Positions 1 to 9,470 of a DNA stretch of 64,000 bases are shown one piece after another. The stretch lies in contig JBMOKY010000001.1 in assembly GCA_049325535.1 (NCBI GenBank), positions 29,002 to 93,001 on the forward strand, given 5' to 3'. The notes beneath the pieces are model-generated. The model was given only the letters and a program-made list of their open reading frames with translations. It did not search any database and was not told the DNA's origin. How positions within the stretch are numbered: the first letter of the stretch is position 1; every line of letters begins with the position of its first letter. Origin of the DNA: Patescibacteria group bacterium. GTDB lineage: Bacteria > Patescibacteriota > Patescibacteriia > UBA10025 > JAHIVO01. Both the position numbers and the translations under genes were made by a program.

Positions 1-10
1 TTTTCCGACT

Positions 11-232
11 ATGGCGAGCCGTATGATCGGTGTCGGTGAACGGACGGGAAAATTAGACGAGAGCTTGCGGTATCTCGCCGCTTTTTATGAGGACGAAGTG
101 GATAATGCCACCAAAAATTTAGCCACCGTACTCGAGCCGGCACTGTTGTTATTCATCGGGGTGGTACTTGGTTTCTTGGCCATCGCTATCATCTCCCCTA
201 TCTATCAATTCACTGGGTCGCTCCAGCCGTAA
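11..232 (+). CDS. pilC: Type II secretion system F / PilC family inner-membrane protein, C-terminal fragment (begins before window)
   Basis: MIGVGERTGKLDESL...LEPALLLFIGVVLGFLAIAIISPIY is the typical GspF/PilC C-terminus; followed by pilM and a pilin. Confidence 0.9.
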   Translation: MASRMIGVGERTGKLDESLRYLAAFYEDEVDNATKNLATVLEPALLLFIGVVLGFLAIAIISPIYQFTGSLQP

Positions 233-235
233 CGT

Positions 236-1495
236 ATGATGACTCTTTCCCGACAGGCGTATGGTATCGACATCTCCGACTACTCAATCGAGCTGATGGA
301 GATTCGCGGCCATATGGGTAGACTGGCGGTGACAGCCACTGCCCGCGTTGAGCTTGAGCCTGGGGCGATGAGCAATGGCTTGGTGCAGCAGCCGGATAAA
401 TTGATTGTTGCCCTCCAGCGGCTGCAATCTAGCGCTGGTCTGGAGCGGCGCGGCATTCGCCATGCTATTCTGGCCGTTCCCGAATCACAGATGTATCTGT
501 ACGTATTTACGGTTCCGGCCGAAGTTCAGCCAGAGCATGTCGGCGAATCGGTGCAGTATATGGCTGAAGAGACGCTGCCGTTGTCATTTGATCAGGTGTA
601 TCATGATTACCAGGTCTTGTCCCAGGGGCATGACGGAACCGATGTGCTGTATGTGGCGTGCGCCAAGCCGGTTGTGGACGGATTGCGGACAGTCTGTGAT
701 CGCGCCGGTATCGTACCAGTGGTCATAGAGCCGGAGTCGGCGGCACTGGCCAGGGCATTGATTCCTCCCGGACCGGTTGCGCCCGCGGTTCTCGTGGATA
801 TCGGATCACGGACCACTATTGTTACTATCTACGACCGGCACGGCATTCGCTATTCGTACACGCTGGCGGTAGCCGGTAATGCATTCACCGATGCCTTGAT
901 GCGCGGTCGGTCGATGAGCCGCGAAGAAGCTGAGCGAATCAAACGGGAACGACTCGTCACGGTCAGTGGCCAGCCAAATGAACTCAGCGAGCCGCTTGAT
1001 CAGATTGTGGAGCGGGTCAGCACGTCAATCAGTTACTATGAACATAAGACCGGTTTTGCGGTGACCCATGTCATTTTGGCTGGGGGCAGCAGCCTCATCC
1101 CCGGAATCGACCAATTTATTGGTGGCCGACTGCGGTTGCCGGTGTCAATAGGGAAGCCGCTGCAACATGTCCAGTATGAGCGATCATTGTTTCCCGATGA
1201 AAAACGGAGCGTTCTCTACGCTACCGTGACCGGACTGGCCCTACGCGGGGCCGGTCATCATCGGATTCAGGAAGGGCTCAATCTGCTGCGCCATGAAACC
1301 GCGCATCGGCAGCTGGCAGTGGGGCATTGGTTTCATCGTGGTACGCAGCACGCGACATCCCTAGCCCGTCCTGAGGTGCGGTCGGCATCGCATCGCCTGA
1401 ATGCGCCATTGAATCGGATGCAGCTTCTCTTACTGGTATTTGGCTTTCTTATCGTAGTATTTGTTGCCGTGCTGATCATCAGGCCAAACGGGTAG
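236..1495 (+). CDS. pilM: Type IV pilus assembly protein PilM (actin-like), with C-terminal TM extension
   Basis: GIDISD N-terminal motif, VDIGSRTT, ILAGGSS..PGI, GLALRG; pilus gene context. Confidence 0.88.
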   Translation: MMTLSRQAYGIDISDYSIELMEIRGHMGRLAVTATARVELEPGAMSNGLVQQPDKLIVALQRLQSSAGLERRGIRHAILAVPESQMYLYVFTVPAEVQPEHVGESVQYMAEETLPLSFDQVYHDYQVLSQGHDGTDVLYVACAKPVVDGLRTVCDRAGIVPVVIEPESAALARALIPPGPVAPAVLVDIGSRTTIVTIYDRHGIRYSYTLAVAGNAFTDALMRGRSMSREEAERIKRERLVTVSGQPNELSEPLDQIVERVSTSISYYEHKTGFAVTHVILAGGSSLIPGIDQFIGGRLRLPVSIGKPLQHVQYERSLFPDEKRSVLYATVTGLALRGAGHHRIQEGLNLLRHETAHRQLAVGHWFHRGTQHATSLARPEVRSASHRLNAPLNRMQLLLLVFGFLIVVFVAVLIIRPNG

Positions 1496-1517
1496 CAGTT
1501 GCCGGTTGTCATTTTTT

Positions 1518-1528
1518 GTGGTATAATG
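1518..1528 (+). promoter_or_regulatory. Extended -10 promoter element (TGTGGTATAAT) of the pilin gene
   Basis: TGnTATAAT about 40 nt upstream of the pilin ATG. Confidence 0.55.
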
Positions 1529-1565
1529 AGACCACTGAATATTTATTTTTTATTAGACATAGCTT

Positions 1566-2021
1566 ATGACCCATACGCAGACAAAAAAAGGGTTTACCCT
1601 GCTCGAGTTGCTGGTCGTGATTGGCATCATCGGCATCCTCGCCGCAATCGTGATCATCGCCATCAATCCGGGCCGACAATTCGCCCAGGCGCGCAATGCC
1701 CAGCGATGGAATGACGTCAACGCCATCCTCAATGCGGTGCATCAGTACGCCGTGGACAATAATGGTGAGGTACCGGCCGCCATCACCGCGGTTGCCACCA
1801 ATGTCGGTTCTGGCGGCGGTAATATTGACATTTGTGGTCAGTTGGTTGGTACCGAGGGTACCTATCTGACCGAGATTCCAGCCGATCCCACGACCGGGAG
1901 CTTTACGAGTTGCGCCTCATATAATTCCGGATATGACATTTCCCAAAACGCGACGTCGGGCCGGGTGACTGTCAGCGCACCGGATGCCGAGCTCAGCACC
2001 TCAATTACGGTCAGCCGATAA
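1566..2021 (+). CDS. Type IV pilin (prepilin-type N-terminal cleavage/methylation domain)
   Basis: KKG|FTLLELLVVIGIIGILAAIV class III signal; C-terminal Cys pair. Confidence 0.95.
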   Translation: MTHTQTKKGFTLLELLVVIGIIGILAAIVIIAINPGRQFAQARNAQRWNDVNAILNAVHQYAVDNNGEVPAAITAVATNVGSGGGNIDICGQLVGTEGTYLTEIPADPTTGSFTSCASYNSGYDISQNATSGRVTVSAPDAELSTSITVSR

Positions 2022-2040
2022 ATAATCGTCAGTCTATCAT

Positions 2041-2068
2041 AAAACGTCCCGCGCAAGCGGGACGTTTT
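2041..2068. terminator. Bidirectional intrinsic terminator
   Basis: aaaacgtcccgc-gcaa-gcgggacgtttt perfect hairpin with A/T tails between convergent genes. Confidence 0.85.
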
Positions 2069-2087
2069 GGTAATGCATATGAATAGT

Positions 2088-3716
2088 CTAGATGGTTTCC
2101 TCTTTTTTCTGTTGCTGGAAACTGACCCAGTCCTCGATGGTTTCAACCAGAATTTTAAATGGCGCCTCAATAATAAAGTCCATGATAAACATGAATACGT
2201 TTACTTTTGAAGTACGACGGGCAATCCACCGCCCTGCCCGGAGGATCGGTAGTGCAAAGAAATCAAAGATAATATTGAAAAACCCTTCACGCCGGTCGAC
2301 AATGACCAGCTCCTTGGCAGTTTGCCTGAGCCGGAGGCCGAAGAAACTGATCACACTGAGGAAGAAGAGGAACAAAAATCCGCTGACAATAGAGAACTCC
2401 AGCGCATTGAGCAGCCAGATGATCAGTCCAAATGTTACCACATATGCCAGGCCATAGAGCACATTGAATAAACCATTGAGGAATCCGCTGGCCCGCATCG
2501 TCTGCTGTTTTTTCTTGGTGATTTCTTTTTCTTCAGGGTCGTAGACTACCTCATAAATTCCCTGATATATTTTTTGCGTGTTTCGATCGGCCGGCACCCG
2601 CATCGACGTGGCGATGAGAAACATCAGGGTCGGATGAAAAACTACATTGATGGCCAGGGGTAGGATTTTGACGTGTTTGAGCACCAACAGTTCATAGGGC
2701 AGCTCGAAGACGAAGGCCATGATAGTCTTCGTCAGGAAAATATAAATGATACTGCGGATGACTCCACGGCTGAGTTTGGCGCTGGCGGCGGCATAGCGAG
2801 TATTACATGCTTGGGTGACTGCTTGGCCAAGCTGTGTCGGGTCTCCCAGGATTGCTTCGGCTCGGTCTGGATGGGACTGGATGACGTCTTTAAGGATGGT
2901 AAAGATGGGGGCGAATTTTTTGGCATAGTTAAAGAGCCGGTCGCCGACACGGTGATTGATCTGCTGTTCGATACGTTCGACGTAGGCAGGGATTTGGGTG
3001 GCAAAGTCGCTGGTTTCGTCGGGAGTCATGAAGCGCCATTGGGGGGCATAGTAATACAAGAGGTGGTAGCGCAGCATGGCCGAGTCTGATTTTATCAGCG
3101 CCCGGTGGATGGCGATATAGACCTGGATGTCCTGATCCTCGGGATTAAAAATATCCCGCGAAAGATCAACTTGTCCTCGTAATGTTTTGTACATGAGCTC
3201 TACCAGCGCATCATCGCGGATGGAGGGCTTCAGATATTCTTCAATTTCAAATGCCATCACCGAAATGACCCAATTGATCGTCCGTTTTCGCTTTTTTTGG
3301 TCAGCAGTCTGGCGGTTCAGCGCATCGAGGAGGTAGGTGTATTTGATGATGATACTCTCGATGTCCGGCAGGCGCCGCTCGGGGAAATAGGCATTGGGCA
3401 GGTAGCCGGCACGGATTAGTTCGCGGATGAGTGGCGCTGCCACCTGAGCAGTTCGCTCTTGTGAAAAAATACGCCGCTTGAGCATGCGGGTGATGGCGTT
3501 TTTTCTGATCAGGTGCTCTTCCTGATAATCAATAGCTTGGCGTACTTTTTCATAGACGTATGCCATTTTACTGACCGTTTCATTGACGGTGACTTTCGGC
3601 TCGTCCTTTGCGCCCTCGATGGATTCTTCATTGTGCCGCTCACGAAAAATATCCAGAACGTCCTGTATATGTGGAGCGATTGATTGTTTGGATTGTGGCA
3701 TAGGGTAACCGCGCAC
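2088..3716 (-). CDS. Hypothetical membrane protein (helical N-terminal region, about 4 C-terminal TM segments)
   Basis: 542-aa ORF with hydrophobic C-terminal segments; family not recognised. Confidence 0.8.
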   Translation of the reverse strand: MRGYPMPQSKQSIAPHIQDVLDIFRERHNEESIEGAKDEPKVTVNETVSKMAYVYEKVRQAIDYQEEHLIRKNAITRMLKRRIFSQERTAQVAAPLIRELIRAGYLPNAYFPERRLPDIESIIIKYTYLLDALNRQTADQKKRKRTINWVISVMAFEIEEYLKPSIRDDALVELMYKTLRGQVDLSRDIFNPEDQDIQVYIAIHRALIKSDSAMLRYHLLYYYAPQWRFMTPDETSDFATQIPAYVERIEQQINHRVGDRLFNYAKKFAPIFTILKDVIQSHPDRAEAILGDPTQLGQAVTQACNTRYAAASAKLSRGVIRSIIYIFLTKTIMAFVFELPYELLVLKHVKILPLAINVVFHPTLMFLIATSMRVPADRNTQKIYQGIYEVVYDPEEKEITKKKQQTMRASGFLNGLFNVLYGLAYVVTFGLIIWLLNALEFSIVSGFLFLFFLSVISFFGLRLRQTAKELVIVDRREGFFNIIFDFFALPILRAGRWIARRTSKVNVFMFIMDFIIEAPFKILVETIEDWVSFQQQKKEETI

Positions 3717-3818
3717 TATAGCGTATCATGGCATGAGTGTCAAGGATGACGGAGGTAACATGCCAGCGAGTTTTTATTGTACCATTCGGGGGTATTTTTT
3801 TGAAGCGCACGCGCTGGT

Positions 3819-4046
3819 CTAAAACCAGCCGCTGGTGATCGGTTTTTTGCGCAGGCTGGCGGTACCGTCCTTGTCCACCACAAATTCATAGGTACGTCCT
3901 TTGATCTTGAATTCAGACCGCATTTTTTTTCGCGTGTCTTGAGCCTCCTTCATCAACGGATAGAATTTTTCCATTTTTTCTTTGTATGAAAAATAATTGA
4001 GCATACCGTCTTCGTCGACGATATCATCATCAAAGTCGATTACCAT
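3819..4046 (-). CDS. Small hypothetical protein
   Basis: 75-aa ORF filling an intergenic gap, natural-looking composition. Confidence 0.55.
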   Translation of the reverse strand: MVIDFDDDIVDEDGMLNYFSYKEKMEKFYPLMKEAQDTRKKMRSEFKIKGRTYEFVVDKDGTASLRKKPITSGWF

Positions 4047-4161
4047 ATAGGTATGTGTAAGTGGATGAACATATGACTATCTATAGGTAGTGTATCAAAA
4101 AAAGAAGGCCATCACCATGGGTGGTGACGGCCATCGTCATTGAAGGGGTGCGGACGTCCGG

Positions 4162-4440
4162 TCAGGCCGCGCTTTTCGCGTGTGATTTCCGTCTGGCGGC
4201 GGCTGCGTCCCGGAATGTGTCGGGAACCGATTCCAGCCATAGGATGGTCAGCACCGGTAGAGCCATAACCCCAAGTATCAGGAACAGCGGGGTGGGCATG
4301 CCATTCCCGTCATGCGCGCGTTCGACCGCCGAAAGAATAGGTACGATTACCCAGCGTCCGATGACGTATGAGATGGCCATGCCAATCAGGCACAGCAGCC
4401 CGCCCAGCAGTGTGAATGGGTTTGTAAGTACGGTACGCAT
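4162..4440 (-). CDS. Small hypothetical 2-TM membrane protein
   Basis: GGAGG RBS upstream of ATG 4440; TTGACA upstream; hairpin at ~4105-4131 downstream. Confidence 0.6.
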   Translation of the reverse strand: MRTVLTNPFTLLGGLLCLIGMAISYVIGRWVIVPILSAVERAHDGNGMPTPLFLILGVMALPVLTILWLESVPDTFRDAAAARRKSHAKSAA

Positions 4441-4550
4441 CGATCCTCCATGAAAAGAGCTTGGATATTGCTGCAGCCTACGCCATCCGAAGCAAGCTGT
4501 CAATATTTTTTGCAACCGGGGTTTTAATTTGGTACACTACAGGTCACCCT

Positions 4551-5126
4551 ATGCATAAAGTCGTCTTCGATATCGAAACAAAAAATACATTTAGCGACAT
4601 CGGCAGTAGTAATCCCGGCAAGCTGGAGATATCACTGCTGGTCGTCTATGATTATGCCACGGACCAGTATTTGAGTTTTATGGAGCAGGATTTTTCCCGG
4701 CTGTGGAAAATTCTGGAAAATACGGATTTGATCATTGGTTTTAATTCAGACCATTTTGATATCCCGGTTTTGAACCGGTATTATCCCGGTGATTTAACCA
4801 AGATAAAGAGTCTGGATTTGCTCGATGCCCTATATCGTTCACTGGGGCGTCGCGTATCGCTCGATATGGTTGCCGCCGGGACACTCGGTACGCGAAAAAG
4901 CGGAAAGGGGCTCGATGCCATCCATTGGTGGAAAAATGGGGAAATCGATAAATTGAGAAAGTATTGCACCGATGATGTGCGGATTACCAAGGACATCTAT
5001 GAGTACGCACTCCGGCACGGTGAACTAAAGTATAAATTGGGTGGCGACGTGCATACGGTGCCGATTGATACACGGAGCTGGGAAGTGCGGGTACAGACGC
5101 CGCTGAATTACACGCTGCCTTTTTAA
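4551..5126 (+). CDS. RNase H-like / DEDD exonuclease-domain protein (YprB-like)
   Basis: VVFDIETK, IIGFNSDHFDIP, SLD.VA..TLG..K, YC..DV.IT motifs. Confidence 0.85.
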   Translation: MHKVVFDIETKNTFSDIGSSNPGKLEISLLVVYDYATDQYLSFMEQDFSRLWKILENTDLIIGFNSDHFDIPVLNRYYPGDLTKIKSLDLLDALYRSLGRRVSLDMVAAGTLGTRKSGKGLDAIHWWKNGEIDKLRKYCTDDVRITKDIYEYALRHGELKYKLGGDVHTVPIDTRSWEVRVQTPLNYTLPF

Positions 5127-5217
5127 ATTGACTGATCCCATCGGCTGGTGTACGGTACACAGTATTCTTTTGTATGTTCTTTTTTTTCGCATGCACTCAA
5201 ACCATGGAGGACGAATT

Positions 5218-5454
5218 ATGCCCAGTCAACAGCGGCAGAACAAGACGACGCCCAACGTACTCCGCGCCAAACTGCGAAAAAAGCGCAATCGCCAGCTCCG
5301 TCGCATCCACGATTTTCAGGAAGCGGAAGCTCGCGGTATCACCGTGGATGAATTGCATCGTCAGCAGTATGCGATAGCGGCTACCATCCGCCGTCGCATA
5401 GCCTCCCCATCAGCTTACACTGGGGAGTACCGGCAGTGGTATCGTCAATGGTAA
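5218..5454 (+). CDS. Small basic hypothetical protein
   Basis: GGAGG RBS, upstream TTGACT, downstream terminator. Confidence 0.55.
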   Translation: MPSQQRQNKTTPNVLRAKLRKKRNRQLRRIHDFQEAEARGITVDELHRQQYAIAATIRRRIASPSAYTGEYRQWYRQW

Positions 5455-5486
5455 TTGGCCACATCATTTCGGCCAATAGCTACAGG

Positions 5487-5513
5487 AGCCCGAGGAATGT
5501 TTCTCGGGCTTTT
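5487..5513 (+). terminator. Intrinsic terminator
   Basis: agcccgagga-atgt-ttctcgggct followed by T run. Confidence 0.7.
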
Positions 5514-5520
5514 CTATGCA

Positions 5521-5549
5521 TTGACAGATGTCACTTCCCATGCTAGAGT
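5521..5549 (+). promoter_or_regulatory. Sigma70 promoter of the RRM gene
   Basis: TTGACA-N17-TAGAGT. Confidence 0.65.
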
Positions 5550-5646
5550 GTCGTTGTTCGCCTCTTTTAGGAATACCGGCAGAAGCCGGTGATGAAAGGT
5601 CCTCCTAGAAAGAGCGGGTACTTTAATCAAGTTACGTATCAACACC

Positions 5647-5928
5647 ATGGGCAAAAAGCTCTTTGTGGGGAACCTTGCTTACGGCGTCACCGATGAAGAT
5701 CTCGGTAGTGCCTTTGCAGCGTCCGGTACCGTAGCATCAGCCAAGGTCATCACCGATCGCGTCACAGGACGCTCACGGGGATTCGGCTTTGTCGAGATGT
5801 CAACGGATGAGGAAGCGCAAGCAGCGATCCAAGCAATGGACGGCCAAGATATCGGCGGCCGACCTGTGAAGGTCAATGAAGCGCGTCCGCAAACGGACCG
5901 ACCGCGAGGCAATTTCTCTGATCGCTAG
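5647..5928 (+). CDS. RRM (RNP-1) RNA-binding protein
   Basis: RNP2 LFVGNL and RNP1 RGFGFVEM motifs. Confidence 0.96.
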   Translation: MGKKLFVGNLAYGVTDEDLGSAFAASGTVASAKVITDRVTGRSRGFGFVEMSTDEEAQAAIQAMDGQDIGGRPVKVNEARPQTDRPRGNFSDR

Positions 5929-5953
5929 ACACTCACCATAGCATCACACAAAC

Positions 5954-5983
5954 AAAAAACACCTCTTTACCGGGGTGTTTTTT
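5954..5983. terminator. Bidirectional intrinsic terminator
   Basis: aaaaaacacctc-tttacc-ggggtgtttttt. Confidence 0.8.
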
Positions 5984-5985
5984 GG

Positions 5986-6119
5986 TGGGGAGGCTAGAGG
6001 GATTTTGTCGCCTCGCTCCGCTCGTTGTCCTGGGCAGCGACGATCTGCCAGTGGCAGATCGTCGGCGTTCAGCTTCGCGTTTCGCGCTTGCTTTACTGCT
6101 GCCCGTTCGAATCCCTCTA
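5986..6119. repeat. tRNA-His 3'-end duplicate with nested palindromes and an inverted T-arm copy
   Basis: tggggaggctagagggatt (5986-6004) matches the tRNA-His 3' end; aatccctcta (6110-6119) is its inverted copy; 13-bp perfect palindrome 6038-6064. Confidence 0.7.
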
Positions 6120-6178
6120 TCAATTCATCTTAATAGAAAAACCGTCACCATGTCTTCGACACGGTGCCGCTTTTTCTA

Positions 6179-6254
6179 TGGGGTGGCTAGAGGGATTCGA
6201 ACCCTCGTCATCGGTGCCACAGACCGATGCACTAACCACTGTGCTATAGCCACC
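6179..6254 (-). tRNA. tRNA-His(GTG), G-1 and CCA encoded
   Basis: Cloverleaf GGTGGCTATAGC...CTGTGGC...GTTCGAATCCC..CCACCCCA. Confidence 0.96.
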
Positions 6255-6373
6255 ATGTTCAAACGGTGCTCCCGGTCCCATGTTCGATTATCATCAACCA
6301 CTTCACCTGCGCACACGTTTCTCATTTTTTTCGCCTGCCCATGGGCAAGCTTGGTGATAATTCGGAAATGGAT

Positions 6374-6461
6374 TGGTGCGGACGGGGAGACTTGAACTCC
6401 CAAGGGCTTGCGCCCACTAGCACCTCAAGCTAGCGCGTCTACCAAATTGCGCCACGTCCGC
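6374..6461 (-). tRNA. tRNA-Leu(GAG), CCA encoded
   Basis: Cloverleaf with long variable arm, anticodon loop TTGAGGT. Confidence 0.96.
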
Positions 6462-6578
6462 TCGAAAAGGGTGAATGGTTGCCGCAGCATTGCCTGAAGT
6501 ATACGTTTACCCCCTGATGTTTTTGAAATACCGGTCCCATTTTTCCGCCACACGTCAGGCTGGGCCGCTGGCAACTAA

Positions 6579-6923
6579 TTACTTGGCGGTAATTTCCTTG
6601 AGTTTTTTCTTATAGGTGCGCAGGTAGTTCAGTTTGGCGCGACGTACTTTTGCCTTTTTTACGACCTCGATTTTGGTGATCGTCGGCAGGTGGATGGGGA
6701 ATATTTTTTCTACTCCGATTCCCTCGGATATCTTCCGTACCGTGATGGTACCATTGATTCCCGAACCGCCCGTGCGGGCGATAACCATGCCCTCAAATTT
6801 TTGGGTTCGTTCCTTATCACCTTCCTTGATTTTTTGATAGACGGCAACGGTATGACCCGGGCGGATGTCCGGCAGGTCTTTTTTTAGGTGTTTGGCATTG
6901 AGTTCTCGTACGGTCGTTTTCAT
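6579..6923 (-). CDS. rplS: 50S ribosomal protein L19
   Basis: [46 protein letters not shown]. Confidence 0.98.
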   Translation of the reverse strand: MKTTVRELNAKHLKKDLPDIRPGHTVAVYQKIKEGDKERTQKFEGMVIARTGGSGINGTITVRKISEGIGVEKIFPIHLPTITKIEVVKKAKVRRAKLNYLRTYKKKLKEITAK

Positions 6924-6973
6924 ACAAAAATCGGCAAATACTAATTTTTTAAGTACTCACCAGCATACCCATA

Positions 6974-7912
6974 TTACCGTATACTGTCAAGAATTTCCGC
7001 TAATTTTTTCGGCAGCTCACATTCGACCATGAGGCGCGATCCATCGGGCAGCGGAAAGGCCAGATGGTAGGCATGGAGGAAAATGCGGTCAAGCGTGAGG
7101 GATGATTTCATTTTTTTTGGATGATAGAGCTGGTCACCGACGATGGGTAGGCCGTAGGCATTGAGGTGAACACGAATTTGATGGGTGCGGCCGGTGCGCG
7201 GCCTGACCCGGAGCAGGGTGTATGACCCGAGCGGTTCGATGATTTCAAATTCGGTCAGCGCGGGTTTGCCGCGGTCCCGCTCCTGTGATGGCACCGCGGC
7301 CATTTTGTGGTCGGCGGTGCTACTGCGGTCAATATTAAATTTAATTTCGCCATTTGGCTGCTGCGGTCGGCCATACACGAGCGCATAGTACCATTTTTCT
7401 ACCCGGCGGGATTTGAATTGAGTTTTCAGATGGTCAAACATATCCTGTGTTTTTGCGATGACCAGCAACCCGGAGACGTCTTTGTCTATTCGGTGTACGA
7501 TCCCCGGTCTCACTGGATCTTCTCCGATTTTCGCCACGTCCGGGTAGTGCCGTAGTACAAAATCAACCACCGTGGCTTCGTGTTTTCCGGGGGCGTCATG
7601 CACCAGCACGCCCGCCGGTTTATTTATGATGAGGTATTCGGTGGTGTCTTTGACAATAGGTATGTCCGGAATTGGTAACGGTTGAGTGGGTAATTCGGAT
7701 GGTTTCCGTGCCGACACAATCACATCATCGATCGCCACCCGGTCACCGACTTTGAGGAATTGGTGGACGGTAGGGATCAGGCCATTGACCGTGACCCGTC
7801 CGGACTTGATACGTTTCTGCAGCTGGGAGCGGGAGCTTTGTGGCAGCTGTGTATTGAGAAATTTATCCAATCGCTGACCAGCCTCCGGTTTAGTTATCGT
7901 AAAGTGAGTCAT
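6974..7912 (-). CDS. RluA/RluD family pseudouridine synthase with S4 domain
   Basis: GQRLDKFL S4 domain, INKPAG, HRIDKDVSG, TGRTHQIRVH; ATGA overlap with upstream gene. Confidence 0.95.
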   Translation of the reverse strand: MTHFTITKPEAGQRLDKFLNTQLPQSSRSQLQKRIKSGRVTVNGLIPTVHQFLKVGDRVAIDDVIVSARKPSELPTQPLPIPDIPIVKDTTEYLIINKPAGVLVHDAPGKHEATVVDFVLRHYPDVAKIGEDPVRPGIVHRIDKDVSGLLVIAKTQDMFDHLKTQFKSRRVEKWYYALVYGRPQQPNGEIKFNIDRSSTADHKMAAVPSQERDRGKPALTEFEIIEPLGSYTLLRVRPRTGRTHQIRVHLNAYGLPIVGDQLYHPKKMKSSLTLDRIFLHAYHLAFPLPDGSRLMVECELPKKLAEILDSIR

Positions 7913-9360
7913 GATTTTTTCTGTAGCCATTGACGTGCAGCTGATGCGGTTCGGATTTCTCCCGCGAGTTGAGCTTCCCGGAGTGCGGCCTTGAGCGTGC
8001 CGATACGTGGCCCTGGCTTCAATTTCATCATCCGCATGATGTCATGACCCGAAAGGAGCTCAGCGGGGAGCGCCGCCCCGTGGCGCGGTTTGATTGATCG
8101 TATTTGCCGTTCCAGTTGCCGGTAGTCGGTGGCGTCGGGGCGATTATTTTTTTTAAAAATAGTCGCTTGGATATCGGCATATGAGAGCATGAGTAGCGCG
8201 GTTCCAGGCCGGGCCGATGAGTAAAAATATTTTTCAATCGTCGTTTTTTTCATGGGAGAATGTTTGCTGCTGGCTACGATCATGTGTCGACGGATAAGCC
8301 AGTTGACCTGCTCGGTATCCACCCCGGCGCTGGCTATTTTCAGGCGCTGCATGATTCGTGAAGCTATGTCCGCGCCGACGATATCGTGGTTATTGAACCG
8401 GAGACGGTCAGCTCGAGTGAGCGTAGCGGGTTTGCCGATGTCATGCCAAAGCAGCGCCACAATGAGCTCTGGGGTTAGCTGCTCCCCGGAAAATTTTTTT
8501 TTGAATGCAGCAGCACTGAGTTTCCTGAGACAAAGTCGGGTATGTGTCCAGACATCCCCTTCAGCATGGAATTCGGGCGGTTGTGGGCACCCTTTCATGA
8601 CAAGCATTTCTGGCATGAGTTGTGCCGTGCACCCCAGCTCATCATACAAATCGAAAGCCGCCACCGGACTCGCCACAAACGTTTTGACAAATTCAGCAGC
8701 AATGGTTTCGCGGGGTACGGTGTATTCCCCCTTTATTTTTTTATTGATATGTCGCATGGCTGAACGGATACTCGCGCGGGTGTCAGGTTCGATAGCGAAT
8801 CCGAGCTGGCAGGCAAAACGGATTGCGCGCAGCATGCGGGAGTAATCCTCGGCGAAACGCTGGGATGGTATGCCGACCGTACGGATTATTTTTTTCTTCA
8901 GATCACGCTGTCCGCGGTGCAAGTCGAGTAATGTTCGCTGGCGGACGTCGTATGCCAGCGCATTGATGGTAAAATCCCGGCGCTGCAAGTCCGATTCGAT
9001 AGGCAAACGATAATCCGACTGAACTGTCACATCGCGGTATGCCCCGGACATGCCGGCATGTTCGGTACGGGGCAGAGCGATATCGATCGGCTGGCGGAGT
9101 TTTGTATTGCTGGGGAGAAATTTCAGCACGCCGAAACGACGGCCGACCAGGTCGACCTGACCATGGCGCTGGAGCCAGGTCTGTAATTTTTTCAGCGGTA
9201 TCCCACGGATGACAAAATCATAGTCTTTTGAGGGGCGACGGAGCAGGGCGTCCCTGACGATGCCGCCGACCAAATAGATTTCCGACTGTGGAAAATCCCG
9301 CTTCAGGCGGCTGAGGAAGCCCAATTCCTTTCTTTGTGTGATGGCGTGGAGTGTTTGCAT
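7909..9360 (-). CDS. cca: CCA-adding tRNA nucleotidyltransferase with HD domain
   Basis: VGGIVRD..L...DYD, DLQRRDFTINA, EDYSRMLRAIRF, HDIGK motifs. Confidence 0.9.
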   Translation of the reverse strand: MQTLHAITQRKELGFLSRLKRDFPQSEIYLVGGIVRDALLRRPSKDYDFVIRGIPLKKLQTWLQRHGQVDLVGRRFGVLKFLPSNTKLRQPIDIALPRTEHAGMSGAYRDVTVQSDYRLPIESDLQRRDFTINALAYDVRQRTLLDLHRGQRDLKKKIIRTVGIPSQRFAEDYSRMLRAIRFACQLGFAIEPDTRASIRSAMRHINKKIKGEYTVPRETIAAEFVKTFVASPVAAFDLYDELGCTAQLMPEMLVMKGCPQPPEFHAEGDVWTHTRLCLRKLSAAAFKKKFSGEQLTPELIVALLWHDIGKPATLTRADRLRFNNHDIVGADIASRIMQRLKIASAGVDTEQVNWLIRRHMIVASSKHSPMKKTTIEKYFYSSARPGTALLMLSYADIQATIFKKNNRPDATDYRQLERQIRSIKPRHGAALPAELLSGHDIMRMMKLKPGPRIGTLKAALREAQLAGEIRTASAARQWLQKKS

Positions 9361-9470
9361 ACCTACTTGTACGGTAGCGCATCCTCCATTCCTTGACAAT
9401 ACGAAAAATAATTGTCAGAGTGCACTATTACCGAATGAACGTTGACAAAACATATAGTAGGAGGATGGAT

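Noticed and set aside
5982-6403. ORFs over the tRNA-His/Leu region (likewise 45463-45894, 55619-55858, 56298-56579)
   Set aside because: They overlap tRNA genes and repeats and have no protein motifs.
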